Assembly (NCBI RefSeq): GCF_009914755.1
Contig: NC_060948.1
Source: the human T2T-CHM13v2.0 reference genome, Homo sapiens
Strand: one strand, 5' to 3'
DNA length: 64,000 nt
How positions within the stretch are numbered: the first letter of the stretch is position 1; every line of letters starts with the position of its first letter. The notes under the pieces are model-generated. The model ran no database searches. It was not told the DNA's origin and saw only the letters and a program-made list of their open reading frames with translations. The position numbers and the translations under genes were made by a program. Shown here one piece after another: positions 20,055-39,424 of this stretch.

Positions 20055-22159
20055 AGATCCATATTTTTTAAATGAAAAAAAATTTCAAAGGTACTCTGCT
20101 TGGTACAATAATCAAATGTATAAACTGAGGAATAAAACATAACCATGAAACCTACTTATAACTGCATATGGAAAATACAGAGGATAATTTTTTAAATAAC
20201 ATATTTTGAAAGCCTTAACTAGTAATTTGAAGAGTTGGCATTTGAAAGGCCAGTATGAATATACCTTCAAAGCAGCAACACAGGTTCCCCATGAGAAAAA
20301 GCAAACACAGGGAAAACAAAAACACAAAGGTTCAATCTCTTCTGACCTTTGAAAGACACAGCACAGACAGTGGTCCTTAGGACGAAGAGCAGGAGACCCC
20401 TAATTCCGTCACCATGGCGATAGGGCATAAACATTGCTGGGTGAGGGCACAATCCACATTGTGAGGTCCAACTGCTGCCAGGAAGACAGGAGTGCTTTTA
20501 CATAGACCGAAAGGTCATTGAAGGCTCAGAGTTTTGTTTCAAGAACTGAATCCCAAGCCCACACGTTATTAGGCTGCGCTTCTTAAAACAAGTTATGAGA
20601 TGGGAAAAAGGGCACCCACAAACATACGTATACATTATGTATATAATAATATACGGTATCATATATATAATATATATAACCTATGTATAATACTGTTTTA
20701 CATCCTGCATCTTATGTTATATATATTGTATAAAATATAATAATTGATAATATATAAGTTTTATAATTATACAATATGACATATAGTATATATTATAATT
20801 TATGACATATATAATATATGTTATATGTCATATATAGAATATATTATACGGTTAATATACGTATTAAATATAAATTATACCTCATATATATTATATACAA
20901 TATATCTGTTATATATAATACACATTATGCATAATATATATATTATGTCTATGTTATATATAGTATAAAACAACATATAATAATATATAATTGTATATAT
21001 AAAATGTGACATATAATATATATTATATTTTATAACATATGTAATATATATTATATATTATATATAATACGTTGTATGTATAATACCTATATTAAATATA
21101 TATTATATGACTATGTTATTAATTACATGTCACATGTGTTATATATTATATATTTTACATAGAATATACCGGTTACGTACAATATATACTATGTTACCTA
21201 TAATGTATAATTTATTACATGTAAAATAAAGAATGCAATATATTATGTATAATTTATAATATACCATATGTGGAATGTGATATATATAACATATAATATA
21301 TGATATATGATATACAGTATATGATATATAACATACAATATATGATTCCTAATATATATGGTATACAATATATATTTTATGATATGTATTCTATATGTTT
21401 TATATTCTGTTATATATAACTATTTGAAATTATATATAACTGTATAATATTTTATGTAAATATGTAATATAATATATATAACTATATAATATATTATATA
21501 TAACTATATATTATGTTATATATACTTTTATAACATAATTTACATAAAATATCATAATATAATATATATTATATTATTTCATATTACATAATATATATTA
21601 CATATCACCCAATATAACTAACATACATAATATTATAATATAGATTATATTGTGTTATATTAAATATCATATATATCATGTATCATATATTCTATAATAT
21701 ATATTACACATTATATAATATGTATGTTGTCTATTATGTGATATATATAACTCAATATATAATTATATTTTTATACATATAACTAGATAAACATGTAATT
21801 CTACATATTTTCATTTATAATATGTAGAATTATATAATCATATATAATTATTTATATTCTATAAAAAATTTTATCATTATATAAATTATAATATATAAAA
21901 ATTATAATATGTACTACAAATATATATATTATATATCTTATATGATATAGTACCTTTGTTATATATCATAATACATATAAATGTGTATTATGTTATCTAT
22001 AATTATATAATTTCATATATAAGATGTATAATATGTATCATATATTATATATGTTATGTAATATATATAGTATATATAAGATGACACAGGATAAATATTA
22101 TATACTATGACATATAAAATATATGAGGTTATATGTTACATATAAGGCATAGCACATAA

Positions 22160-22474
<315 letters not shown>

Positions 22475-24581
22475 AGATCCATATTTTGTAAATGAAAAAA
22501 AATTTCAAAGGTACTCTGCTTGGTACAATAATCAAATGTATAAACTGAGGAATAAAACATAACCATGAAACCTACTTATAACTGCATATGGAAAATACAG
22601 AGGATAATTTTTTAAATAACATATTTTGAAAGCCTTAACTAGTAATTTGAAGAGTTGGCATTTGAAAGGCCAGTATGAATAAACCTTCAAAGCAGCAACA
22701 CAGGTTCCCCATGAGAAAAAGCAAACACAGGGAAAATAAAAACACAAAGGTTCAATCTCTTCTGACCTTTGAAAGACACAGCACAGACAGTGGTCCTTAG
22801 GACGAAGAGCAGGAGACCCCTAATTCCGTCACCATGGCGATAGGGCATAAACATTGCTGGGTGAGGGCACAATCCACATTGTGAGGTCCAACTGCTGCCA
22901 GGAAGACAGGAGTGCTTTTACATAGACCGAAAGGTCATTGAAGGCTCAGAGTTTTGTTTCAAGAACTGAATCCCAAGCCCACACGTTATTAGGCTGCGCT
23001 TCTTAAAACAAGTTATGAGATGGGAAAAAGGGCACCCACAAACATACGTATACATTATGTATATAATAATATACTGTATCATATATATAATATATATAAC
23101 CTATGTATAATATTGTTTTACATCCTGCATCTTATGTTATATATATTGTATAAAATATAATAATTGATAATATATAAGTTTTATAATTATACAATATGAC
23201 ATATAGTATATATTATAATTTATGACATATATAATATATGTTATATATCATATATAGAATATATTATACGGTTAATATACGTATTAAATATAAATTATAC
23301 CTTATATATATTATATATAATATATCTGTTATATATAATACCCATTATGCATAATATATATATTATGTCTATGTTATATATAGTATAAAACAACATATTA
23401 TAATATATAATTGTATATATAAAATGCGACATATAATATATATTATATTTTATAACATATGTAATATATATTATATATTATATATAATACGTTGTATGTA
23501 TAATACCTATATTAAATATATATTATATGACTATGTTATTAATTACATGTCACATGTGTTATATATTATATATTTTACATAGAATATACCGGTTACATAC
23601 AATATATACTATGTTACCTATAATGTATAATTTATTACATGTAAAATAAAGAATGCAATATATTATGTATAATTTATAATATACAATATGTGGAATGTGA
23701 CATATGTAACATATAATATATGATATATGATATACAGTATATGATATATAACATACAATATATGATTCCTAATATATATGGTATACAATATATATTTTAT
23801 GATATGTATTCTATATGTTTTATATTCTGTTATATATAACTATTTGAAATTATATATAACTGTATAATATTTTATGTAAATATGTAATATAATATATATA
23901 ACTATATAATATATTATATATAACTATATATTATGTTATATATACTTTTATAACATAATTTACATAAAATATCATAATATAATATATATTATATTATTTC
24001 ATATTACATAATATATATTACATATCACCCAATATAACTAACATACATAATATTATAATTTAGATTATATTATGTTATATTAAATATCATATATATCATG
24101 TATCATATATTCTATAATATATATTACACTTTATATAATATGTATGTTGTCTATTATGTGATATATATAACTCAATATATAATTATATTTTTATACATAT
24201 AACTAGATAAACATGTAATTCTACATATTTTCATTTATAATATGTAGAATTATATAATCATATATAATTATTTATATTCTATAAAAAATTTTATCATTAT
24301 ATAAATTATAATATATAAAAATTATAATATGTACTACAAATATATATATATTATATATCATATATGATATAGTACCTTTGTTATATATCATAATACATAT
24401 AAATGTGTATTATGTTATCTATAATTATATAATTTCATATATAAGATGTATAATATGTATCATATATTATATATGTTATGTAATATATATGGTATATATA
24501 AGATGACACAGGATAAATATTATATACTATGACATATAAAATATATGAGGTTATATGTTACATATAAGGCATAGCACATAA

Positions 24582-24896
<315 letters not shown>

Positions 24897-27001
24897 AGAT
24901 CCATATTTTTTAAATGAAAAAAAATTTCAAAGGTACTCTGCTTGGTACAATAATCAAATGTATAAACTGAGGAATAAAACATAACCATGAAACCTACTTA
25001 TAACTGCATATGGAAAATACAGAGGATAATTTTTTAAATAACATATTTTGAAAGCCTTAACTAGTAATTTGAAGAGTTGGCATTTGAAAGGCCAGTATGA
25101 ATAAACCTTCAAAGCAGCAACACAGGTTCCCCATGAGAAAAAGCAAACACAGGGAAAATAAAAACACAAAGGTTCAATCTCTTCTGACCTTTGAAAGACA
25201 CAGCACAGACAGTGGTCCTTAGGACGAAGAGCAGGAGACCCCTAATTCCGTCACCATGGCGATAGGGCATAAACATTGCTGGGTGAGGGCACAATCCACA
25301 TTGTGAGGTCCAACTGCTGCCAGGAAGACAGGAGTGCTTTTACATAGACCGAAAGGTCATTGAAGGCTCAGAGTTTTGTTTCAAGAACTGAATCCCAAGC
25401 CCACACGTTATTAGGCTGCGCTTCTTAAAACAAGTTATGAGATGGGAAAAAGGGCACCCACAAACATACGTATACATTATGTATATAATAATATACTGTA
25501 TCATATATATAATATATATAACCTATGTATAATATTGTTTTACATCCTGCATCTTATGTTATATATATTGTATAAAATATAATAATTGATAATATATAAG
25601 TTTTATAATTATACAATATGACATATAGTATATATTATAATTTATGACATATATAATATATGTTATATATCATATATAGAATATATTATACGGTTAATAT
25701 ACGTATTAAATATAAATTATACCTTATATATATTATATATAATATATCTGTTATATATAATACCCATTATGCATAATATATATATTATGTCTATGTTATA
25801 TATAGTATAAAACAACATATAATAATATATAATTGTATATATAAAATGCGACATATAATATATATTATATTTTATAACATATGTAATATATATTATATAT
25901 TATATATAATACGTTGTATGTATAATACCTATATTAAATATATATTATATGACTATGTTATTAATTACATGTCACATGTGTTATATATTATATATTTTAC
26001 ATAGAATATACCGGTTACATACAATATATACTATGTTACCTATAATGTATAATTTATTACATGTAAAATAAAGAATGCAATATATTATGTATAATTTACA
26101 ATATACAATATGTGGAATGTGACATATGTAACATATAATATATGATATATGATATACAGTATATGATATATAACATACAATATATGATTCCTAATATATA
26201 TGGTATACAATATATATTTTATGATATGTATTCTATATGTTTTATATTCTGTTATATATAACTATTTGAAATTATATATAACTGTATAATATTTTATGTA
26301 AATATGTAATATAATATATATAACTATATAATATATTATATATAACTATATATTATGTTATATATACTTTTATAACATAATTTACATAAAATATCATAAT
26401 ATAATATATATTATATTATTTCATATTACATAATATATATTACATATCACCCAATATAACTAACATACATAATATTATAATATAGATTATATTATGTTAT
26501 ATTAAATATCATATATATCATGTATCATATATTCTATAATATATATTACACATTATATAATATGTATGTTGTCTATTACGTGATATATATAACTCAATAT
26601 ATAATTATATTTTTATACATATAACTAGATAAACATGTAATTCTACATATTTTCATTTATAATATGTAGAATTATATAATCATATATAATTATTTATATT
26701 CTATAAAAAATTTTATCATTATATAAATTATAATATATAAAAATTATAATATGTACTACAAATATATATATTATATATCATATATGATATAGTACCTTTG
26801 TTATATATCATAATACATATAAATGTGTATTATGTTATCTATAATTATATAATTTCATATATAAGATGTATAATATGTATCATATATTATATATGTTATG
26901 TAATATATATAGTATATATAAGATGACACAGGATAAATATTATATACTATGACATATAAAATATATGAGGTTTTATGTTACATATAAGGCATAGCACATA
27001 A

Positions 27002-27316
<315 letters not shown>

Positions 27317-29421
27317 AGATCCATATTTTTTAAATGAAAAAAAATTTCAAAGGTACTCTGCTTGGTACAATAATCAAATGTATAAACTGAGGAATAAAAC
27401 ATAACCATGAAACCTACTTATAACTGCATATGGAAAATACAGAGGATAATTTTTTAAATAACATATTTTGAAAGCCTTAACTAGTAATTTGAAGAGTTGG
27501 CATTTGAAAGGCCAGTATGAATATACCTTCAAAGCAGCAACACAGGTTCCCCATGAGAAAAAGCAAACACAGGGAAAATAAAAACACAAAGGTTCAATCT
27601 CTTCTGACCTTTGAAAGACACAGCACAGACAGTGGTCCTTAGGACGAAGAGCAGGAGACCCCTAATTCCGTCACCATGGCGATAGGGCATAAACATTGCT
27701 GGGTGAGGGCACAATCCACATTGTGAGGTCCAACTGCTGCCAGGAAGACAGGAGTGCTTTTACATAGACCGAAAGGTCATTGAAGGCTCAGAGTTTTGTT
27801 TCAAGAACTGAATCCCAAGCCCACACGTTATTAGGCTGCGCTTCTTAAAACAAGTTATGAGATGGGAAAAAGGGCACCCACAAACATACGTATACATTAT
27901 GTATATAATAATATACAGTATCATATATATAATATATATAACCTATGTATAATATTGTTTTACATCCTGCATCTTATGTTATATATATTGTATAAAATAT
28001 AATAATTGATAATATATAAGTTTTATAATTATACAATATGACATATAGTATATATTATAATTTATGACATATATAATATATGTTATATGTCATATATAGA
28101 ATATATTATACGGTTAATATACGTATTAAATATAAATTATACATTATATATATTATATATAATATATCTGTTATATATAATACCCATTATGCATAATATA
28201 TATATTATGTCTATGTTATATATAGTATAAAACAACATATAATAATATATAATTGTATATATAAAATGCGACATATAATATATATTATATTTTATAACAT
28301 ATGTAATATATATTATATATTATATATAATACGTTGTATGTATAATACCTATATTAAATATATATTATATGACTATGTTATTAATTACATGTCACATGTG
28401 TTATATATTATATATTTTACATAGAATATACCGGTTACATACAATATATACTATGTTACCTATAATGTATAATTGATTACATGTAAAATAAAGAATGCAA
28501 TATATTATGTAAAATTTATAATATACAATATGTGGAATGTGATATATGTAACATATAATATATGATATATGATATACAGTATATGATATATAACATACAA
28601 TATATGATTCCTAATATATATGGTATACAATATATATTTTATGATATGTATTCTATATGTTTTATATTCTGTTATATATAACTATTTGAAATTATATATA
28701 ACTGTATAATATTTTATGTAAATATGTAATATAATATATATAACTATATAATATATTATATATAACTATATATTATGTTATATATACTTTTATAACATAA
28801 TTTACATAAAATATCATAATATAATATATATTATATTTTTTCATATTACATAATATATATTACATATCACCCAATATAACTAACATACATAATATTATAA
28901 TATAGATTATATTTTGTTATATTAAATATCATATATATCATGTATCATATATTCTATAATATATATTACACATTATATAATATGTATGTTGTCTATTATG
29001 TGATATATATAACTATATATATAATTATATTTTTATACATATAACTAGATAAACATGTAATTCTACATATTTTCATTTATAATATGTAGAATTATATAAT
29101 CATATATAATTCTTTATATTCTATAAAAAATTTTATCATTATATAAATTATAATATATAAAAATTATAATATGTACTACAAATATATATATTATATATCA
29201 TATATGATATAGTACCTTTGTTATATATCATAATACATATAAATGTGTATTATGTTATCTATAATTATATAATTTCATATATAAGTTGTATAATATGTAT
29301 CATATATTATATAGGTTATGTAATATATATAGTATATATAAGATGACACAGGATAAATATTATATACTATGACATATAAAACATATGAGGTTATATGTTA
29401 CATATAAGGCATAGCACATAA

Positions 29422-29736
<315 letters not shown>

Positions 29737-31843
29737 AGATCCATATTTTTTAAATGAAAAAAAATTTCAAAGGTACTCTGCTTGGTACAATAATCAAATG
29801 TATAAACTGAGGAATAAAACATAACCATGAAACCTACTTATAACTGCATATGGAAAATACAGAGGATAATTTTTTAAATAACATATTTTGAAAGCCTTAA
29901 CTAGTAATTTGAAGAGTTGGCATTTGAAAGGCCAGTATGAATATACCTTCAAAGCAGCAACACAGGTTCCCCATGAGAAAAAGCAAACACAGGGAAAATA
30001 AAAACACAAAGGTTCAATCTCTTCTGACCTTTGAAAGACACAGCACAGACAGTGGTCCTTAGGACGAAGAGCAGGAGACCCCTAATTCCGTCACCATGGC
30101 GATAGGGCATAAACATTGCTGGGTGAGGGCACAATCCACATTGTGAGGTCCAACTGCTGCCAGGAAGACAGGAGTGCTTTTACATAGACCGAAAGGTCAT
30201 TGAAGGCTCAGAGTTTTGTTTCAAGAACTGAATCCCAAGCCCACACGTTATTAGGCTGCGCTTCTTAAAACAAGTTATGAGATGGGAAAAAGGGCACCCA
30301 CAAACATACGTATACATTATGTATATAATAATATACAGTATCATATATATAATATATATAACCTATGTATAATATTGTTTTACATCCTGCATCTTATGTT
30401 ATATATATTGTATAAAATATAATAATTGATAATATATAAGTTTTATAATTATACAATATGACATATAGTATATATTATAATTGATGACATATATAATATA
30501 TGTTATATATCATATATAGAGTATATTATACGGTTAATATACGTATTAAATATAAATTATACCTTATATATATTATATATAATATATCTGTTATATATAA
30601 TACCCATTATGCATAATATATATATTATGTCTATGTTATATATAGTATAAAACAACATATAATAATATATAATTGTATATATAAAATGCGACATATAATA
30701 TATATTATATTTTATAACATATGTAATATATATCATATATTATATATAATACGTTGTATGTATAATACCTATATTAAATATATATTATATGACTATGTTA
30801 TTAATTACATGTCACATGTGTTATATATTATATATTTTACATAGAATATACCGGTTACATACAATATATACTATGTTACCTATAATGTATAATTTATTAC
30901 ATGTAAAATAAAGAATGCAATATATTATGTATAATTTATAATATACAATATGTGGAATGTGACATATGTAACATATAATATATGATATATGATATACAGT
31001 ATATGATATATAACATACAATATATGATTCCTAATATATATGGTATACAATATATATTTTATGATATGTATTCTATATGTTTTATATTCTGTTATATATA
31101 ACTATTTGAAATTATATATAACTGTATAATATTTTATGTAAATATGTAATATAATATATATAACTATATAATATATTATATATAACTATATATTATGTTA
31201 TATATACTTTTATAACATAATTTACATAAAATATCATAATATAATATATATTATATTATTTCATATTACATAATATATATTACATATCACCCAATATAAC
31301 TAACATACATAATATTATAATATAGATTATATTATGTTATATTAAATATCATATATATCATGTATCATATATTCTATAATATATATTACACATTATATAA
31401 TATGTATGTTGTCTATTATGTGATATATATAACTATATATATAATTATATTTTTATACACATAACTAGATAAACATGTAATTCTACATATTTTCATTTGT
31501 AATATGTAGAATTATATAATCATATATAATTATTTATATTCTATAAAAAATTTTATCATTATATAAATTATAATATATAAAAATTATAATATGTACTACA
31601 AATATATATATATTATATATCATATATGATATAGTACCTTTGTTATATATCATAATACATATAAATGTGTATTATGTTATCTATAATTATATAATTTCAT
31701 ATATAAGATGTATAATATGTATCATATATTATATATGTTATGTAATATATATAGTATATATAAGATGACACAGGATAAATATTATATACTATGACATATA
31801 AAATATATGAGGTTATATGTTACATATAAGGCATAGCACATAA

Positions 31844-32158
<315 letters not shown>

Positions 32159-34288
32159 AGATCCGTATTTTTTAAATGAAAAAAAATTTCAAAGGTACTC
32201 TGCTTGGTACAATAATCAAATGTATAAACTGAGGAATAAAACATAACCATGAAACCTACTTATAACTGCATATGGAAAATACAGAGGATAATTTTTTAAA
32301 TAACATATTTTGAAAGCCTTAACTAGTAATTTGAAGAGTTGGCATTTGAAAGGCCAGTATGAACATACCTTCAAAGCAGCAACACAGGTTCCCCATGAGA
32401 AAAAGCAAACACAGGGAAAATAAAAACACAAAGGTTCAATCTCTTCTGACCTTTGAAAGACACAGCACAGACAGTGGTCCTTAGGACGAAGAGCAGGAGA
32501 CCCCTAATTCCGTCACCATGGCGATAGGGCATAAACATTGCTGGGTGAGGGCACAATCCACATTGTGAGGTCCAACTGCTGCCAGGAAGACAGGAGTGCT
32601 TTTACATAGACCGAAAGGTCATTGAAGGCTCAGAGTTTTGTTTCAAGAACTGAATCCCAAGCCCACACGTTATTAGGCTGCGCTTCTTAAAACAAGTTAT
32701 GAGATGGGAAAAAGGGCACCCACAAACATACGTATACATTATGTATATAATAATATACAGTATCATATATATAATATATATAACCTATGTATAATATTGT
32801 TTTACATCCTGCATCTTATGTTATATATATTGTATAAAATATAATAATTGATAATATATAAGTTTTATAATTATACAATATGACATATAGTATATATTAT
32901 AATTGATGACATATATAATATATGTTATATATCATATATAGAGTATATTATACGGTTAATATACGTATTAAATATAAATTATACCTTATATATATTATAT
33001 ATAATATATCTGTTATATATAATACCCATTATGCATAATATATATATTATGTCTATGTTATATATAGTATAAAACAACATATAATAATATATAATTGTAT
33101 ATATAAAATGCGACATATAATATATATTATATTTTATAACATATGTAATATATATCATATATTATATATAATACGTTGTATGTATAATACCTATATTAAA
33201 TATATATTATATGACTATGTTATTAATTACATGTCACATGTGTTATATATTATATATTTTACATAGAATATACCGGTTACATACAATATATACTATGTTA
33301 CCTATAATGTATAATTTATTACATGTAAAATAAAGAATGCAATATATTATGTATAATTTATAATATACAATATGTGGAATGTGACATATGTAACATATAA
33401 TATATGATATATGATATACAGTATATGATATATAACATACAATATATGATTCCTAATATATATGGTATACAATATATATTTTATGATATGTATTCTATAT
33501 GTTTTATATTCTGTTATATATAACTATTTGAAATTATATATAACTGTATAATATTTTATGTAAATATGTAATATAATATATATAACTATATAATATATTA
33601 TATATAACTATATATTATGTTATATATACTTTTATAACATAATTTACATAAAATATCATAATATAATATATATTATATTATTTCATATTACATAATATAT
33701 ATTACATATCACCCAATATAACTAACATACATAATATTATAATATAGATTATATTATGTTATATCAAATATCATATATATCATGTATCATATATTCTATA
33801 ATATATATTACACATTATATAATATGTATGTTGTCTATTATGTGATATATATAACTATATATATAATTATATTTTTATACATATAACTAGATAAACATGT
33901 AATTCTACATATTTTCATTTGTAATATGTAGAATTATATAATCATATATAATTATTTATATTCTATAAAAAATTTTATCATTATATAAATTATAATATAT
34001 AAAAATTATAATATGTACTACAAATATATATATATTATATATCATATATGATATAGTACCTTTGTTATATATCATAATACATATAAATGTGTATTATGTT
34101 ATCTATAATTATATAATTTCATATATAAGATGTATAATATGTATCATATATTATATATGTTATGTAATATATATAGTATATATAAGATGACACAGGATAA
34201 ATATTATATACTATGACATATAAAATATATGAGGTTATATGTTACATATAAGGCATAGCACATAACATGTAATATATATCATATATAA

Positions 34289-34580
34289 TTTTTTTTTAGA
34301 CAGAATCTTGTCCTGTTGCACAGGGTGGGGTACAATGGCGCCATCTTTGCTCACTGCAACTTCTGCCTCACGGTTCCAAGCGATTGTCCTCCCTCAGCCT
34401 CCCAGGTAGCTGGGACTACACCACACTGGGACTACACCAGCTGCCACCATGCCTTGCTAATTTTTTGGATTTTTAGTAGTGACAGCGTTTCACTGTATTG
34501 GCCAGGATGGTCTTGATCTCTTCACCTTGTGATCCCCTTGCCTTGGCCTCCAAATTTGCTGGGATTACAGGCCTGAGCCA
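34289..34580 (-). mobile_element. Alu, unit 15
   Basis: Copy of 400-691; GCCTTGCT and private CGGTTCC. Confidence 0.93.
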
Positions 34581-36687
34581 AGATCCGTATTTTTTAAATG
34601 AAAAAAAATTTCAAAGGTACTCTGCTTGGTACAATAATCAAATGTATAAACTGAGGAATAAAACATAACCATGAAACCTACTTATAACTGCATATGGAAA
34701 ATACAGAGGATAATTTTTTAAATAACATATTTTGAAAGCCTTAACTAGTAATTTGAAGAGTTGGCATTTGAAAGGCCAGTATGAATATACCTTCAAAGCA
34801 GCAACACAGGTTCCCCATGAGAAAAAGCAAACACAGGGAAAATAAAAACACAAAGGTTCAATCTCTTCTGACCTTTGAAAGACACAGCACAGACAGTGGT
34901 CCTTAGGACGAAGAGCAGGAGACCCCTAATTCCGTCACCATGGCGATAGGGCATAAACATTGCTGGGTGAGGGCACAATCCACATTGTGAGGTCCAACTG
35001 CTGCCAGGAAGACAGGAGTGCTTTTACATAGACCGAAAGGTCATTGAAGGCTCAGAGTTTTGTTTCAAGAACTGAATCCCAAGCCCACACGTTATTAGGC
35101 TGCGCTTCTTAAAACAAGTTATGAGATGGGAAAAAGGGCACCCACAAACATACGTATACATTATGTATATAATAATATACAGTATCATATATATAATATA
35201 TATAACCTATGTATAATATTGTTTTACATCCTGCATCTTATGTTATATATATTGTATAAAATATAATAATTGATAATATATAAGTTTTATAATTATACAA
35301 TATGACATATAGTATATATTATAATTTATGACATATATAATATATGTTATATGTCATATATAGAATATATTATACGGTTAATATACGTATTAAATATAAA
35401 TTATACATTACATATATTATATATAATATATCTGTTATATATAATACCCATTATGCATAATATATATATTATGTCTATGTTATATATAGTATAAAACAAC
35501 ATATAATAATATATAATTGTATATATAAAATGCGACATATAATATATATTATATTTTATAACATATGTAATATATATTATATATTATATATAATACGTTG
35601 TATGTATAATACCTATATTAAATATATATTATATGACTATGTTATTAATTACATGTCACATGTGTTATATATTATATATTTTACATAGAATATACCGGTT
35701 ACATACAATATATACTATGTTACCTATAATGTATAATTGATTACATGTAAAATAAAGAATGCAATATATTATGTAAAATTTATAATATACAATATGTGGA
35801 ATGTGACATATGTAACATATAATATATGATATATGATATACAGTATATGATATATAACATACAATATATGATTCCTAATATATATGGTATACAATATATA
35901 TTTTATGATATGTATTCTATATGTTTTATATTCTGTTATATATAACTATTTGAAATTATATATAACTGTATAATATTTTATGTAAATATGTAATATAATA
36001 TATATAACTATATAATATATTATATATAACTATATATTATGTTATATATACTTTTATAACATAATTTACATAAAATATCATAATATAATATATATTATAT
36101 TTTTTCATATTACATAATATATATTACATATCACCCAATATAACTAACATACATAATATTATAATATAGATTATATTATGTTATATTAAATATCATATAT
36201 ATCATGTATCATATATTCTATAATATATATTACACATTATATAATATGTATGTTGTCTATTATGTGATATATATAACTATATATATAATTATATTTTTAT
36301 ACATATAACTAGATAAACATGTAATTCTACATATTTTCATTTGTAATATGTAGAATTATATAATCATATATAATTATTTATATTCTATAAAAAATTTTAT
36401 CATTATATAAATTATAATATATAAAAATTATAATATGTACTACAAATATATATATATTATATATCATATATGATATAGTACCTTTGTTATATATCATAAT
36501 ACATATAAATGTGTATTATGTTATCTATAATTATATAATTTCATATATAAGATGTATAATATGTATCATATATTATATATGTTATGTAATATATATAGTA
36601 TATATAAGATGACACAGGATAAATATTATATACTATGACATATAAAATATATGAGGTTATATGTTACATATAAGGCATAGCACATAA

Positions 36688-37002
<315 letters not shown>

Positions 37003-39109
37003 AGATCCGTATTTTTTAAATGAAAAAAAATTTCAAAGGTACTCTGCTTGGTACAATAATCAAATGTATAAACTGAGGAATAAAACATAACCATGAAACC
37101 TACTTATAACTGCATATGGAAAATACAGAGGATAATTTTTTAAATAACATATTTTGAAAGCCTTAACTAGTAATTTGAAGAGTTGGCATTTGAAAGGCCA
37201 GTATGAATATACCTTCAAAGCAGCAACACAGGTTCCCCATGAGAAAAAGCAAACACAGGGAAAATAAAAACACAAAGGTTCAATCTCTTCTGACCTTTGA
37301 AAGACACAGCACAGACAGTGGTCCTTAGGACGAAGAGCAGGAGACCCCTAATTCCGTCACCATGGCGATAGGGCATAAACATTGCTGGGTGAGGGCACAA
37401 TCCACATTGTGAGGTCCAACTGCTGCCAGGAAGACAGGAGTGCTTTTACATAGACCGAAAGGTCATTGAAGGCTCAGAGTTTTGTTTCAAGAACTGAATC
37501 CCAAGCCCACACGTTATTAGGCTGTGCTTCTTAAAACAAGTTATGAGATGGGAAAAAGGGCACCCACAAACATACGTATACATTATGTATATAATAATAT
37601 ACAGTATCATATATATAATATATATAACCTATGTATAATATTGTTTTACATCCTGCATCTTATGTTATATATATTGTATAAAATATAATAATTGATAATA
37701 TATAAGTTTTATAATTATACAATATGACATATAGTATATATTATAATTTATGACATATATAATATATGTTATATGTCATATATAGAATATATTATACGGT
37801 TAATATACGTATTAAATATAAATTATACATTATATATATTATATATAATATATCTGTTATATATAATACCCATTATGCATAATATATATATTATGTCTAT
37901 GTTATATATAGTATAAAACAACATATAATAATATATAATTGTATATATAAAATGCGACATATAATATATATTATATTTTATAACATATGTAATATATATT
38001 ATATATTATATATAATACGTTGTATGTATAATACCTATATTAAATATATATTATATGACTATGTTATTAATTACATGTCACATGTGTTATATATTATATA
38101 TTTTACATAGAATATACCGGTTACATACAATATATACTATGTTACCTATAATGTATAATTGATTACATGTAAAATAAATAATGCAATATATTATGTATAA
38201 TTTATAATATACAATATGTGGAATGTGACATATGTAACATATAATATATGATATATGATATACAGTACATGATATATAACATACAATATATGATTCCTAA
38301 TATATATGGTATACAATATATATTTTATGATATGTATTCTATATGTTTTATATTCTGTTATATATAACTATTTGAAATTATATATAACTGTATAATATTT
38401 TATGTAAATATGTAATATAATATATATAACTATATAATATATTATATATAACTATATATTATGTTATATATACTTTTATAACATAATTTACATAAAATAT
38501 CATAATATAATATATATTATATTATTTCATATTACATAATATATATTACATATCACCCAATATAACTAACATACATAATATTATAATATAGATTATATTA
38601 TGTTATATTAAATATCATATATATCATGTATCATATATTCTATAATATATATTACACATTATATAATATGTATGTTGTCTATTATGTGATATATATAACT
38701 ATATATATAATTATATTTTTATACATATAACTAGATAAACATGTAATTCTACATATTTTCATTTGTAATATGTAGAATTATATAATCATATATAATTATT
38801 TATATTCTATAAAAAATTTTATCATTATATAAATTATAATATATAAAAATTATAATATGTACTACAAATATATATATATTATATATCATATATGATATAG
38901 TACCTTTGTTATATATCATAATACATATAAATGTGTATTATGTTATCTATAATTATATAATTTCATATATAAGATGTATAATATGTATCATATATTATAT
39001 ATGTTATGTAATATATATAGTATATATAAGATGACACAGGATAAATATTATATACTATGACATATAAAATATATGAGGTTATATGTTACATATAAGGCAT
39101 AGCACATAA

Positions 39110-39424
<315 letters not shown>
